64,000 nt of DNA, taken from positions 5,728,001 to 5,792,000 of the forward strand of contig OZ250169.1 of the NCBI GenBank assembly GCA_965237955.1, in the 5' to 3' direction. A program made the position numbers and the translations under genes. The notes under the pieces are model-generated. The model saw only the letters and a list, made by a program, of their open reading frames with translations, made no database searches and was not told the DNA's origin. The stretch's first letter is position 1. Each line of letters starts with the position of its first letter. This DNA is from Candidatus Marinacidobacterales bacterium (GTDB lineage Bacteria > Acidobacteriota > Vicinamibacteria > Marinacidobacterales > SMYC01). Positions 39,723 to 49,367 of the stretch are shown one piece after another.

Positions 39723-40451
39723 ATGCGCCGGCCCTTTGGACGCCTCATGAACCATCCAACGTCGGCGTTGCCCGCAGATGAGCTACTCAGGCTCGACGGT
39801 GAAGCGCGTCAAACGACCCGCTGGTCGGGCGACGAGGTCGCTCTCATCGAGCGGTGCCTCGCCGGCGACGACAGCGCGTTCGATGAGCTGGTACAGCGGT
39901 ATCAAGACATGGTGTTCAACCTCGCGTACCGGCTCTTGGGAGGCTACGACGAATCGGTCGATCTGTCGCAGGAGGTCTTCCTGCAGGTTTACCGCAAGTT
40001 GGGAACCTTTCGTCGAGACGCGTCACTGAGAACGTGGATCTATCGCATCGTCATCAACCGAGCGAAGAACCGGCAACGATGGTGGAGACGGCGCTTTGGC
40101 GAGATGACCGCGGTCAGTCTGGACGACTTCGAGGCCAATCCTAAACTTGGGCAGCGTCTCTTGTGCACGGGCAGCGCGGGCCTGACCGTCTCGTCCGGCG
40201 ATCTGGTTGCGCCCGACAAGGCGCTCGAGCGCAAAGAAGTCGGTCAGCTGCTGCTCGACGCTATCGATGAGCTGCCCTTCAGTCACCGAACGATCTTGCT
40301 TCTCAAAGAAGTCGAAGGGCTGTCTTACGACGAGATCTCGACGACGCTGGATCTCCCCCTGGGAACGGTGAAGTCCCGGCTCGCGCGCGCCCGTAAATCG
40401 CTCCGGGACGAACTCGATCCTGGTGTTTTCGGAATAGCTGAGGAAGTGTGA
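39723..40451 (+). CDS. ECF sigma-70 factor
   Basis: DLSQEVFLQVY, LRTWIYRI and region 4 EGLSYDEIS..GTVKSRLARAR. Confidence 0.92.
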   Translation: MRRPFGRLMNHPTSALPADELLRLDGEARQTTRWSGDEVALIERCLAGDDSAFDELVQRYQDMVFNLAYRLLGGYDESVDLSQEVFLQVYRKLGTFRRDASLRTWIYRIVINRAKNRQRWWRRRFGEMTAVSLDDFEANPKLGQRLLCTGSAGLTVSSGDLVAPDKALERKEVGQLLLDAIDELPFSHRTILLLKEVEGLSYDEISTTLDLPLGTVKSRLARARKSLRDELDPGVFGIAEEV

Positions 40452-40452
40452 C

Positions 40453-41235
40453 ATGTTCGTGCATCCGCGGAATACCGTTTTGTCGGTGCACCACGACGGC
40501 GAGCTTTCGCCGACGCTCGCGGCTCGGGTGGAAGACCATCTGAAGCAATGCGAAAGCTGCATCGAAGAGTACGAAAAGCTCTCGAACGCGGCGAATGCGG
40601 TTCGTCATCTACACACCCTGCGGGCGCCCTCGCGCCTTGCATTGCAGGTGCGGGAACAAATTGACGCCGAGGAGCGTGGCATGGTGCCGGTTCTGCGCAG
40701 CGAGATTCAGCTTTCGCGCAACCACACCGGTTTCTTTGCGGCTCTAGGGCTTGGCACGCTAGCAACGGTTTTTCTCATCGGGCTCAGCGGGCTCGTTCTC
40801 ACGCTCGACCATCGCTACGGCGAACCAACGGCGCGCCGCATTACCTCGGCGTGGATCCAGTCCACCCTCCCCGAGCCGGTCTTGCTGCACGAGCTGATGA
40901 GCTCGCCACGATTTCGTGATGGGTCCTTCGGCGGCAAGTCGTTTGCGGAGATGAAGACCGGTCAAGAGGGCCAATTCCTGACGATGGCGTCGATCGACCG
41001 AAACGGCACGCTGCAGGGGCTCGAGGTCATCTATCGCAGCGGCGATGAAGAAATGCTGTCACGCGCGCTCGCGGCAGTACGTGAAACGGGCTTCGAGCCC
41101 GCGCGCCTCGGCGATCAGACGATCTCGGTGAACTTCCTCTACTTCTTCACGACCACCGAAGTGCGCCCGGACGGCCATCGACTCTCGACGCTGCCGCTTT
41201 GGGAACCCGCCCACTTACTGCGGACCCGCGCCTAG
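40453..41235 (+). CDS. zf-HC2 anti-sigma factor with a TM helix and TonB_C-like C-terminal domain
   Basis: HLKQCESC, one TM segment, and IDRNG..V..AVRETGFEPARLGDQTISV. Confidence 0.8.
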   Translation: MFVHPRNTVLSVHHDGELSPTLAARVEDHLKQCESCIEEYEKLSNAANAVRHLHTLRAPSRLALQVREQIDAEERGMVPVLRSEIQLSRNHTGFFAALGLGTLATVFLIGLSGLVLTLDHRYGEPTARRITSAWIQSTLPEPVLLHELMSSPRFRDGSFGGKSFAEMKTGQEGQFLTMASIDRNGTLQGLEVIYRSGDEEMLSRALAAVRETGFEPARLGDQTISVNFLYFFTTTEVRPDGHRLSTLPLWEPAHLLRTRA

Positions 41236-41267
41236 CTGGGCAGCCGAATCCGCGCGCCAATACCTTT

Positions 41268-41351
41268 AACGCAAAGACGCCAAGGCGCGAAGACGCAAAG
41301 AGGGAATTAGCGTCGAAGGCGCTTCACTCGGCGCCCTTGCGCCTTTGCGTT
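41268..41351. repeat. ACGCAAAG-type inverted repeat, copy 2
   Basis: AACGCAAAGACGCCAAGGCGCG...GCGCCCTTGCGCCTTTGCGTT between convergent genes. Confidence 0.75.
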
Positions 41352-41368
41352 TGTTTTTTTTCGAGTTA

Positions 41369-43609
41369 TCAGCGTAGCTCGGCGCGGGCGGTGGCGGTGT
41401 TCTCGAGACTGTCCGTCAACTTGACGACGAGTGTGTAGACGCCGCCGTCGTTGTAGCCTTCGAGCTGGAAGTCGAAGCTCTCTTCCGTCGAGTCGGCGAT
41501 ACCGTCCACCGGGAAGATGACGTTCCACGACCCCGAGTTGATGGCGTACTCGACGCTTCGCACGGGAGAGATGTCGTCCCGCGCGGTGAAAGTCACCTGG
41601 TGGCCGTTCGTGTACGGAGATATCGCAAGACCTTCCACTCGTGGCGGCGTGTTGTCGACCTCGAAGCTCTTGCTCGCTCTCTCGCCGGTCCGTGCCGTGT
41701 CAGCCGGATTGCCAGGCGAATCGCTCGCAACGATCTTGAGGGCATACCGCCCGTCGGGCATTGCTACGGTATCCCATGCGATGACTGGGCTCTTCAGGTC
41801 TTCGCGCAGAACTCGCCACAAGGTCTCTCCTTCCGCGCGGTAGTGGACTTCGAAGGAGAGCTCGTCATGGTTCGGGTCGGTGGCCTTCCATGTCACCGTC
41901 TGGATGCCTTTGCGGTACATTGGGCGGCTCATCGCAGTGAGGTTCATGAGCGGAGCGGCCGGCTGGGCCTGGTTCCCGTTCCCGTTTCCAGGATCGGTGC
42001 CGTCGGAGAGCGTCCCGTCCATTCCCAGGAGCTCGACTTCGCCGGTTGTCACGATTGGCTTTTGGAACGACTTGCCCGGCGGGTGGATGGTGATATCGGA
42101 AACTTCGGGCGGCAGGTTCTGCTGCAGATACACCGCGGTCACGTTCAACAACTCGGGCGTCGTCTCCCCGGTCGAATTCAGTACCGCTCTCCATTGAAAG
42201 AACCGGCCGCGCGGGCTTCGAATCTGCTCACCGCCTGCGCCCGTGTACGCCTGCGACCAGTCACTCCACGTGTTGTCCGCCTCGGCCGAGTTCCCCGAGC
42301 GGGTTTGAAGTTGAACCGACGTTCCCTTAGGCACCCGCGCTTCCCAGCGAATCCGGCCCCACGATGAAACCGTCTCGGTGTCCTTCGTTGGCGATTGGTA
42401 CACGCCTTCGGTGAGCCGGCCCTGATTCAGCCGGTAGAGCTTGGCGGGATTCGAAGTCGCGAGAAACGTTTGACCGTTCGCTGCCATCTGTACCGCGGTG
42501 ACTTGATCGGCCTCGACGCTCAAAAGTAACGAGCTCGTCTTGTTCTGGCCTACGAGGAAGACGCGCCCTTCGTTTCCCGTTCCCACCATCAACCGGTCGT
42601 CCCTAGCGAATGACAGCGACAGGGGAGTGTCTTCACGGGACGTCCACAGTTGCTCGGCCGCGCCGTCCGGAGTAATTCGATAGACGCTCCCGCGTGCCGA
42701 CGAGCTCACCGGAGTCGGCGATGACGATGCCGACACGACCTGCGTCGCCGTGGCGGTCACGGTCACCGTCGCGGTGCCCCCGGTAGGCGTAGTGGTCGAT
42801 GCTTGCGGGGGAGTCACTGATGGTGACGGGGCTCGCGTCGGCGTGCCGCTTTGGATCGCGGCGACGAAAACATTGCCTCGAGTGTCGGTGGTAATCGCCG
42901 GCACCTCTTGGAATGGGGTGTCGAAGAGCACCGAGGTCGCGCCATCGCCGTCGATCTCGAGGACGAGCCCGTTCGATTCCGTGCCCGCGTAGATCGTGTC
43001 GTTGTTGTCGACGGCCAACGACACGATGTGGGTCTCCTCGCTCGTGAACAGAACCTCGCTCTCTCCGCTCGACGTCACCCGATAGACCTTCGCCTCGTCT
43101 CCGGTCGCCACGATGACGTTGTTCAGCGAATCGACCGCGAGAGCCCATATGTAGCGGTCGTCCGGGTCGAAGAAGACTTCGTGCGTGCCGACCTCGGTTG
43201 CGATCCGATACACGAGGCCTCGGGGCGATGTACCAGCGTATAGAGTGCCGCGCCGGTCGACGGCGAGCGCGTGCACTTGAAGCTCGTCGGTGTCCATGAC
43301 GACACTCGACTGTCCGGAACTATCGATCTTGTGGATCTTTCCGTCGTTGCCGGTGCCGACGTACACGTTTCCGGAGCGATCGACGGCGAGTGCCCAGAAG
43401 TGCGGGTCCGTCGCCTCGGTGAGCACCTGGGCCGAAGGGGCAAGGCTGATGGTTCCGTCGGAGCTGATGGAAATGCCCTCGGTATCACCAGCGAGAAAGT
43501 CTTCTTGGCTTTCGAGTCGCCAAAACGTCGGCACGGCGGCGAGCGCCGAGGCCGCGACGGCGAAGGCGACGAGCGCCAGCGAGAGTCGGCCCGGAGAATG
43601 GTTCAACAA
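41369..43609 (-). CDS. Secreted beta-propeller plus Ig/FN3-like protein
   Basis: Signal peptide, ALAVD..G..Y.GT repeats, an S/T/P linker and DGRY..K..ASD/DNTPP. Confidence 0.75.
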   Translation of the reverse strand: MLNHSPGRLSLALVAFAVAASALAAVPTFWRLESQEDFLAGDTEGISISSDGTISLAPSAQVLTEATDPHFWALAVDRSGNVYVGTGNDGKIHKIDSSGQSSVVMDTDELQVHALAVDRRGTLYAGTSPRGLVYRIATEVGTHEVFFDPDDRYIWALAVDSLNNVIVATGDEAKVYRVTSSGESEVLFTSEETHIVSLAVDNNDTIYAGTESNGLVLEIDGDGATSVLFDTPFQEVPAITTDTRGNVFVAAIQSGTPTRAPSPSVTPPQASTTTPTGGTATVTVTATATQVVSASSSPTPVSSSARGSVYRITPDGAAEQLWTSREDTPLSLSFARDDRLMVGTGNEGRVFLVGQNKTSSLLLSVEADQVTAVQMAANGQTFLATSNPAKLYRLNQGRLTEGVYQSPTKDTETVSSWGRIRWEARVPKGTSVQLQTRSGNSAEADNTWSDWSQAYTGAGGEQIRSPRGRFFQWRAVLNSTGETTPELLNVTAVYLQQNLPPEVSDITIHPPGKSFQKPIVTTGEVELLGMDGTLSDGTDPGNGNGNQAQPAAPLMNLTAMSRPMYRKGIQTVTWKATDPNHDELSFEVHYRAEGETLWRVLREDLKSPVIAWDTVAMPDGRYALKIVASDSPGNPADTARTGERASKSFEVDNTPPRVEGLAISPYTNGHQVTFTARDDISPVRSVEYAINSGSWNVIFPVDGIADSTEESFDFQLEGYNDGGVYTLVVKLTDSLENTATARAELR

Positions 43610-43641
43610 CGTCGAATTCCTTTCGATGGATTGAGGGAGCG

Positions 43642-45492
43642 TCAGCGTTTCTTGACTTGGAGGTTCAGAACGCGCGCACCGGAAACGTTGTAGTCGGTGA
43701 CGAGCTCGTGCTCCCAGATCGTGGAGTTGCGTAAGCGGGTGTAGCCGCTACCGGATTCATCGGTCTCGAGCACGTTCAAAACGCTCGGCGGCAACGAGCG
43801 CATGTACTCGCCGTCGACGATGGCGCCTCCCGCGCCCGCGCGGCTCAGCCGTACATAGAGGCGGTTGTTCTTGCGGAGCGTGTTGATGGCACGGACGAGC
43901 TGGCTCATATTCTTGGGAACGAACCCGTGGCGCGCTTCGCGTCGTTCGACGGCGGACAACGTCCCGGCGTCGGCGACCATGAGGCTGACCCTTCCCGACG
44001 GCACGTTGGACGGAATCTCGACGTCCACAGTCTCGAGCAGCTCCTCGCCACGGTAGGTCTTCAGAAGAATCTTGAGCTTCACCGTCCCGCCCGGAGCGAC
44101 CTGATCGGTATCGAGCCATGCCCTCGAGAGGCGTGCGGTCAGGGGCGTCTCGGTAGCGACGACATCGACCCGGATCTTCTCGAGCTCGATGTCCTCGAAA
44201 TCGTTGTTGAGGAGAAATGCGAGTGGTGCGGCCACCATCGCCGAAGCGGATACCGCGGCTTGCTGATCGGTGAACACATCTTCCACGCTGACGATGCCGT
44301 TGTCGGCGGTCTCGACCCAAGCCGAGACTTTGACGGTCTGGCTTCCGAACTGACGCTCTGTCGATTGGAGAATCGCGATCAGCGACACGTAGGCGAGTGC
44401 CGGGGAAAAGAGCTGATCGTTGACGAGCTCGAGCGAGTAGTTCTTCTCCTGCCCCCGGCTGGTTGCGACGGTTACTTCGAGCGGGATCATCCGCGGCCGG
44501 ATGTTGAGCACACCCTTGATCGCCGTCGAGCGGTCCTGGACCCAGGTGCCGATGGTGTCACCGCTACTCGCCATCTTGAACGAGTTCATGAGCGACGGCA
44601 GCACGAGGTGAACAGTGGAGCGTGTCATCGGGTATTCGATCGGGCCGAGGTTGAAGAGCGGATGGCCGAACGCGTAGACGTTCCCGGTGTCGGGATCCAC
44701 GTGGGTGACCGTGCCCATTGCCGAGATCTGCAGATCGCCGGTGACCAGCCCGACGCCTACGGCATCGCCCGGCTCGAGCGGGTCGTCGGCCAGCGAAGCG
44801 CTTCGGCCGCTTTGCCCACTCGGCACCATCACCCCCCCCATGAGAGGCTCGATGCCGAGCTGCCGCAAAAGCGGAGCGACGACGTCGAAGGATTCCTGGG
44901 GGAAGCCGAGAAGTGACACCGGGGTCACGATCGGCGCGAGGTTCTTACCCAGGTGCGGCTGCAACAAGTGAACGCCGGTGAGCGATACCCCTTGGAGGGG
45001 GACGGGCCGCAATCGCTCGGGCGCGACCGCCGCGAGTTTTTCTGAGGTCAGCGGAAACGTAAGGGGCGCCTGTGCTCGGCGCAGCGAAGGCGTCGCCGTC
45101 GCGTCGAACATTTCTTGAATGGGGGTGATGCCCGCGATCGGATCTTTCGCGAACGGAAACGCGAAAGCGATGGCGCCGACGAGTTTGCCGTCGATGTACA
45201 CCGGGCTGCCGCTCATCCCGGCGATGACGCCGGTATGCGCGAGGGGGCCACCCTCGAGCTCGGCGAGGATCATGTTCGAGTTGGGGCCGACGTTTCTGAG
45301 CACCCCCATGATGGTGACTTTGAATGACTCGATCGTGTCTCCAGAGAACACGGTGCGGCCTTCGCCGACCATCCCGGGACGGATGTCCTCGATGGGAATG
45401 AACTCGAACGGCGGCGTTTCAAAAGCGGCGCCGACCGACAAGAAGGTCGCGAGAACCGCGATCGAGATTAGTCTCATGTCGTTTCCCATCAT
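43642..45492 (-). CDS. SpoIVB-like peptidase S55 protein
   Basis: Motifs GVIAGMSGSPVYIDGKLVGA and AFGHP. Confidence 0.88.
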   Translation of the reverse strand: MMGNDMRLISIAVLATFLSVGAAFETPPFEFIPIEDIRPGMVGEGRTVFSGDTIESFKVTIMGVLRNVGPNSNMILAELEGGPLAHTGVIAGMSGSPVYIDGKLVGAIAFAFPFAKDPIAGITPIQEMFDATATPSLRRAQAPLTFPLTSEKLAAVAPERLRPVPLQGVSLTGVHLLQPHLGKNLAPIVTPVSLLGFPQESFDVVAPLLRQLGIEPLMGGVMVPSGQSGRSASLADDPLEPGDAVGVGLVTGDLQISAMGTVTHVDPDTGNVYAFGHPLFNLGPIEYPMTRSTVHLVLPSLMNSFKMASSGDTIGTWVQDRSTAIKGVLNIRPRMIPLEVTVATSRGQEKNYSLELVNDQLFSPALAYVSLIAILQSTERQFGSQTVKVSAWVETADNGIVSVEDVFTDQQAAVSASAMVAAPLAFLLNNDFEDIELEKIRVDVVATETPLTARLSRAWLDTDQVAPGGTVKLKILLKTYRGEELLETVDVEIPSNVPSGRVSLMVADAGTLSAVERREARHGFVPKNMSQLVRAINTLRKNNRLYVRLSRAGAGGAIVDGEYMRSLPPSVLNVLETDESGSGYTRLRNSTIWEHELVTDYNVSGARVLNLQVKKR

Positions 45493-45602
45493 TCGGTTAC
45501 GTGCTCATGGCTGGCGGGGAACAGGTTGTAAACCCTACAAACTATAATAGTTCAAGGAGAAAGAAGGGTCAACGCGGCCGTTTGCCGCGATAGGATCAGG
45601 GC

Positions 45603-48128
45603 GTGGCCTTCGAGAGCATGAACGTGAGACGTACACGTTTGGTAGCGTCGGTGGTGGGGAGATCGGTCGATGCTGTCGCGCGCACCGTGGAACACGGCAC
45701 CGGCGGCGCAGACGTCGTGGAGCTCCGCGTCGACGGTCTCGCGGACGTCGGCGACGCTGAGCTCCGACAGTTGCGCCGCGCGATCGACCGGCCGGTGATC
45801 CTGACGTGCCGTTCGCGAGGCGAGGGAGGATTGTTCGAAGGGCCCGAATCGGAAAGACTCGCGCTGCTCGAGTGCGGTGCGAGCGCCGGGTTCGACTACA
45901 TCGACGTCGAGATTGCCGCGCTCGAAAAAGCGTTCCCAAAGGGGAATGCGAACTTGATTCTGTCGCACCACGACTTCGACGGACTCCCGCGCGAGCCGGG
46001 CGCGCTGGTAGAGAAGGCTATCGAGTTGGGCGCGGACGTCGTCAAGCTAGCCGCCCGGGTGAGCTCGCTCGACGAAGCATGGACGCTCGCGAGCATGGGC
46101 GACGATGTGCGGAAAGCCGGCAAGGCGTTCGTTCCGGTCGCGATGGGACCCGCGGGCGTAGCCGCTCGTATCTTGTCCGCTCGCTTCGATGCGGCTTTTA
46201 CCTATGCGGCCGCACGCGGCGGAGCACCGACGGGTCCAGGCCAGGTGACGCTCGACGATATGGTCAATCTGTATCGGTTCGCGTCCATCGGGAGCGACAC
46301 CGAGATTTACGGAATTCTCGGAACCCACGCGCTTTCGAGCCGCTCGCCGGTGATGCACAACCCGTTTTTCGAGCGCGTCAAAATTAACGGGCTCAACGCG
46401 GTTTACGTACCGTTCGAAGAAAGTGATCTCGAGGCTTTCGTACGTGGCGCGAAGCGACTCGGCGTTTCCGGATTGTCGGTAACGCTACCGTTCAAGGAAT
46501 CGATCCTCCCGTTTCTCGATGAGGTTGATGACGACGCCGCGCGCATAGGGGCGGTCAATACCGTCGTTGTTCGCGACCACCGCTGGAAGGGATACAACAC
46601 CGATGTGGACGGTGTCGTGGACTCGCTTGCCCGATACGGGGAGTGGAAAGGTCGAAACGCGGTGGTCGTCGGGAGTGGTGGAGCCGCTCGCGCCGCGGTT
46701 TTCGTGCTCGAGCGTTTGGGTGCATCGGTGCGGGTTGTCGCCCGCCGGAAAGACAAAGCGGCTTCGCTCGCGAAGGAAGTGGGCGGCGCTTCGGGTGTGC
46801 TCTCGGAGCTCTCGGAACTTGATGCCACGAGCTGGGATTTGCTCGTGAATGCCACTCCTATCGGAAGCGACGACGCGTCCCCGCAAACGCTTCCGCTCGC
46901 GAGCATCGACTCCGAGCAGTGCGTGCTCGACATGGTCACCGCGCCCGAGATCACACCGCTCATCCGCCGTGCACGGGATGCGGGGGCTCGCACGATCACG
47001 GGAATCGAGATGCTGGCGGCCCAGGCCGGCCACCAGGACGAGCTTTGGACCGGTATGCGGCCACAGGCGTTAGAGCTCGAGCAAAGCGCGCGCGGACACG
47101 GACGACATGTTCAGGGGCGGTATTCACGGCAAGTTCTGTTTGACGAGATTGGCTCTGATGGACAGCGCCGGATTGGGACGTCGCGAGTCCTCGTCGTCGG
47201 GGTGGGTGCGTTGGGATCCGTCTCGTCGGAGATGATCGTGCGCGCCGGAGTCGCGTCGCTTCGCATCGTGGATCGAGACTACGTCGACGAGTCGAATCTG
47301 CAGCGGCAGAGCCTCTTCGACGAGGACGATTGGCGCGCCGGGCTCCCGAAAGCGATTGCGGCTGAGAGAAAGCTGTCGCGCATCAACGGTGATGTCAACG
47401 TCGAGGCCCACGTGAGCGATGTGCACGCGGGGAACGTGCGCGCTCTTTTCCGCGATGTCGATCTCGTCATCGACGGCACCGACAACTTCGAAACGCGGTA
47501 CCTGTTGAACGATGCCTCCATCGATACCGGCGTTCCGTGGATCTATGCGGCCTGCGTCGGCAGTTACGGGATGAGCTTTGTCGTGGTTCCCGGGCGTACG
47601 CTGTGTATGCGGTGTTTCCTGGAAAACGAGCCGCCACCGGGAACATCGCCCACGTGCGACACCGCGGGCGTGATCGCTCCCATCGTCCACGCCGTTGCTG
47701 CGTTCCAAGTGGCGGAGGCGCTCAAGATTCTTTCTGGGCGAGAGGACGCGCTGACCGGCGACGTGTTTTCCCTGGATGTGTGGCGAGGCCGGGTCCATCG
47801 TTTCCGGCCGTCCCGACCGCGGGTTGAATGTCCCGCGTGCGGCCGGCGTGAGCTCTCGTATCTCGTCGGCGATGGGGCCTCTCAAGCGGTGACGCTGTGC
47901 GGGAGAAACGCGGTTCAAGTCCGCCCGTCGAAAACGCGCGCACTGGACCTCGAGGAAGTTGCCAAGCGTCTGAGAAAGCTCGGTAGCGTCCGCGTCAATC
48001 CGTTTTTGTTGCGCGTGAAGCTCGAAGAGTGCGAGCTGGTCTTGTTCAAAGACGGACGCGCGATCGTGCACGGAACCGTTGATCCCGCCGAGGCGCGCAG
48101 TCTCTACGCCCGGTTCGTGGGAAACTGA
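45603..48128 (+). CDS. Fusion of type I 3-dehydroquinase (AroD), shikimate dehydrogenase (AroE) and ThiF/MoeB adenylyltransferase
   Basis: AroD: ELRVD, LSHHDF, VVKLA, PGQ. AroE: SRSP, VTLPFK, GAVNT, NTD, GSGGAARA. ThiF: RYSRQ, GVGALG, SNLQRQ, CMRC, TCDTAG, CPAC. All in one 841-aa frame. Confidence 0.85.
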   Translation: MAFESMNVRRTRLVASVVGRSVDAVARTVEHGTGGADVVELRVDGLADVGDAELRQLRRAIDRPVILTCRSRGEGGLFEGPESERLALLECGASAGFDYIDVEIAALEKAFPKGNANLILSHHDFDGLPREPGALVEKAIELGADVVKLAARVSSLDEAWTLASMGDDVRKAGKAFVPVAMGPAGVAARILSARFDAAFTYAAARGGAPTGPGQVTLDDMVNLYRFASIGSDTEIYGILGTHALSSRSPVMHNPFFERVKINGLNAVYVPFEESDLEAFVRGAKRLGVSGLSVTLPFKESILPFLDEVDDDAARIGAVNTVVVRDHRWKGYNTDVDGVVDSLARYGEWKGRNAVVVGSGGAARAAVFVLERLGASVRVVARRKDKAASLAKEVGGASGVLSELSELDATSWDLLVNATPIGSDDASPQTLPLASIDSEQCVLDMVTAPEITPLIRRARDAGARTITGIEMLAAQAGHQDELWTGMRPQALELEQSARGHGRHVQGRYSRQVLFDEIGSDGQRRIGTSRVLVVGVGALGSVSSEMIVRAGVASLRIVDRDYVDESNLQRQSLFDEDDWRAGLPKAIAAERKLSRINGDVNVEAHVSDVHAGNVRALFRDVDLVIDGTDNFETRYLLNDASIDTGVPWIYAACVGSYGMSFVVVPGRTLCMRCFLENEPPPGTSPTCDTAGVIAPIVHAVAAFQVAEALKILSGREDALTGDVFSLDVWRGRVHRFRPSRPRVECPACGRRELSYLVGDGASQAVTLCGRNAVQVRPSKTRALDLEEVAKRLRKLGSVRVNPFLLRVKLEECELVLFKDGRAIVHGTVDPAEARSLYARFVGN

Positions 48129-48132
48129 TCGC

Positions 48133-49367
48133 GTGAACGAGCACCTACTGTCCCTCGTGCTCCCGCGCGTGCGCGAGCTGACCGCGTATCACCTAGAGCG
48201 GCACGACGGCCGCATCAAGCTCGATCAGAACGAGAACCGGCTCGGCTTACCCGAGCCGATCCGCGCCGAGCTCGAGCGACGACTCGTCGACGTGCCAATC
48301 GATCGGTACCCCACACCCGAGCAGCCGGAGCTCAGGGAAGCTCTGGCGCGCGTGACCGATTGGCCGGCAGAAGGCATCGTGGTTGACAACGGCTCCGACC
48401 AGCTTTTGCATACGTTTGCGCGCACGTTTCTCGAGCTCGGACGAGTGGCGCTCGCCCCGACGCCCAGCTTTTTCATGTACTCGCTAGTCCCCTGGAACAG
48501 AGGTTCGTAGCCTAAAGCTCGACGCCATTTTGTGGGCTGGCGAGGCGTGACGACGAAGTCATATTGGAATATTTCGAGGAGGAACAACGAAGCCAGCGCG
48601 CAAAAAGGGCCCGAGATTTAGGCTACGAACCTCTGTTCCAGGGGACTAGCGGTGCGGCTCGCCGGCGCCGAGCTCGTGGAAGTCCCTCTCGATGCCAACT
48701 ACGCTTACGTACTCGACGCACTACTCGACGCCGTTTCCGAGCGCGCACCGCACGTCGTGTTCCTGTGTCGCCGAACAATCCTACCGGTACCGTGCTGAGA
48801 GCGGACGAGCTCGAGCGTATCGTCGGGGCCGCCCCGGGAGTGGTAGTTCTGGACGAAGCGTATTGGGAGTTCGCAGGCTGGAACGCGCGCGAGCTCATGA
48901 ACGATCACCCGAACCTCGTGATCTTCCGAACGTTCTCGAAGGCAATCGCGATGGCGGGGATCCGCTTGGGATACCTCCTCGTTCAACCCGAGCTTCGGAA
49001 CGAGATCGTGAAAGTCCAGCCACCCTATCCGGTCAACCGGCTCTCGCGCGAAGCCGCTCTGGTCGCGCTCGAGCACTACCAGCTAACAGGCGAGCGTGCT
49101 CGGGAGCTGGTAACCGCGAGGGACGCGCTCTACCAGCGTCTCGAGGAGCTCGACGGTATCGAAGTTTTTCCGTCGCAGACGAATTTTCTCCTCATCCGCT
49201 CACGCGGAGGAGGGACAGCAACCTACCAGGGTCTGCTCGAACGCGGGATCGTCGTGCGCGATGTCAGTGCACATCCGCTCCTTCGCGATTGCTTGCGTGT
49301 AACAATAGGCACGGCCGACGAGAACGAATCGGTCTACGCGGCGCTTCGTGACATGATGGCGTCATGA
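48133..49367 (+). pseudogene. hisC: Histidinol-phosphate aminotransferase interrupted by a MITE, plus a 1-bp frameshift at about 48768
   Basis: KLDQNEN, RYP, NGSD, PTPSFFMY|..SPNNPTG, LDEAY and RTFSKA...RLGY. Confidence 0.88.
48484..48649. mobile_element. MITE copy 2 inserted at CTAG in hisC
   Basis: Perfect IR CTAGTCCCCTGGAACAGAGGTTCGTAGCCTAAA. Removing it restores FMYSLAVRLAGAELVEVPL. Confidence 0.9.

Noticed and set aside
13062-48621. Amber (TAG) recoding suggested by in-frame TAGs at 13062, 23800, 48508 and 48619
   Set aside because: TAG is the normal terminator of pheT, ftsK, the anti-sigma, XRE and others here, and an in-frame TGA also occurs, so decay explains it better.
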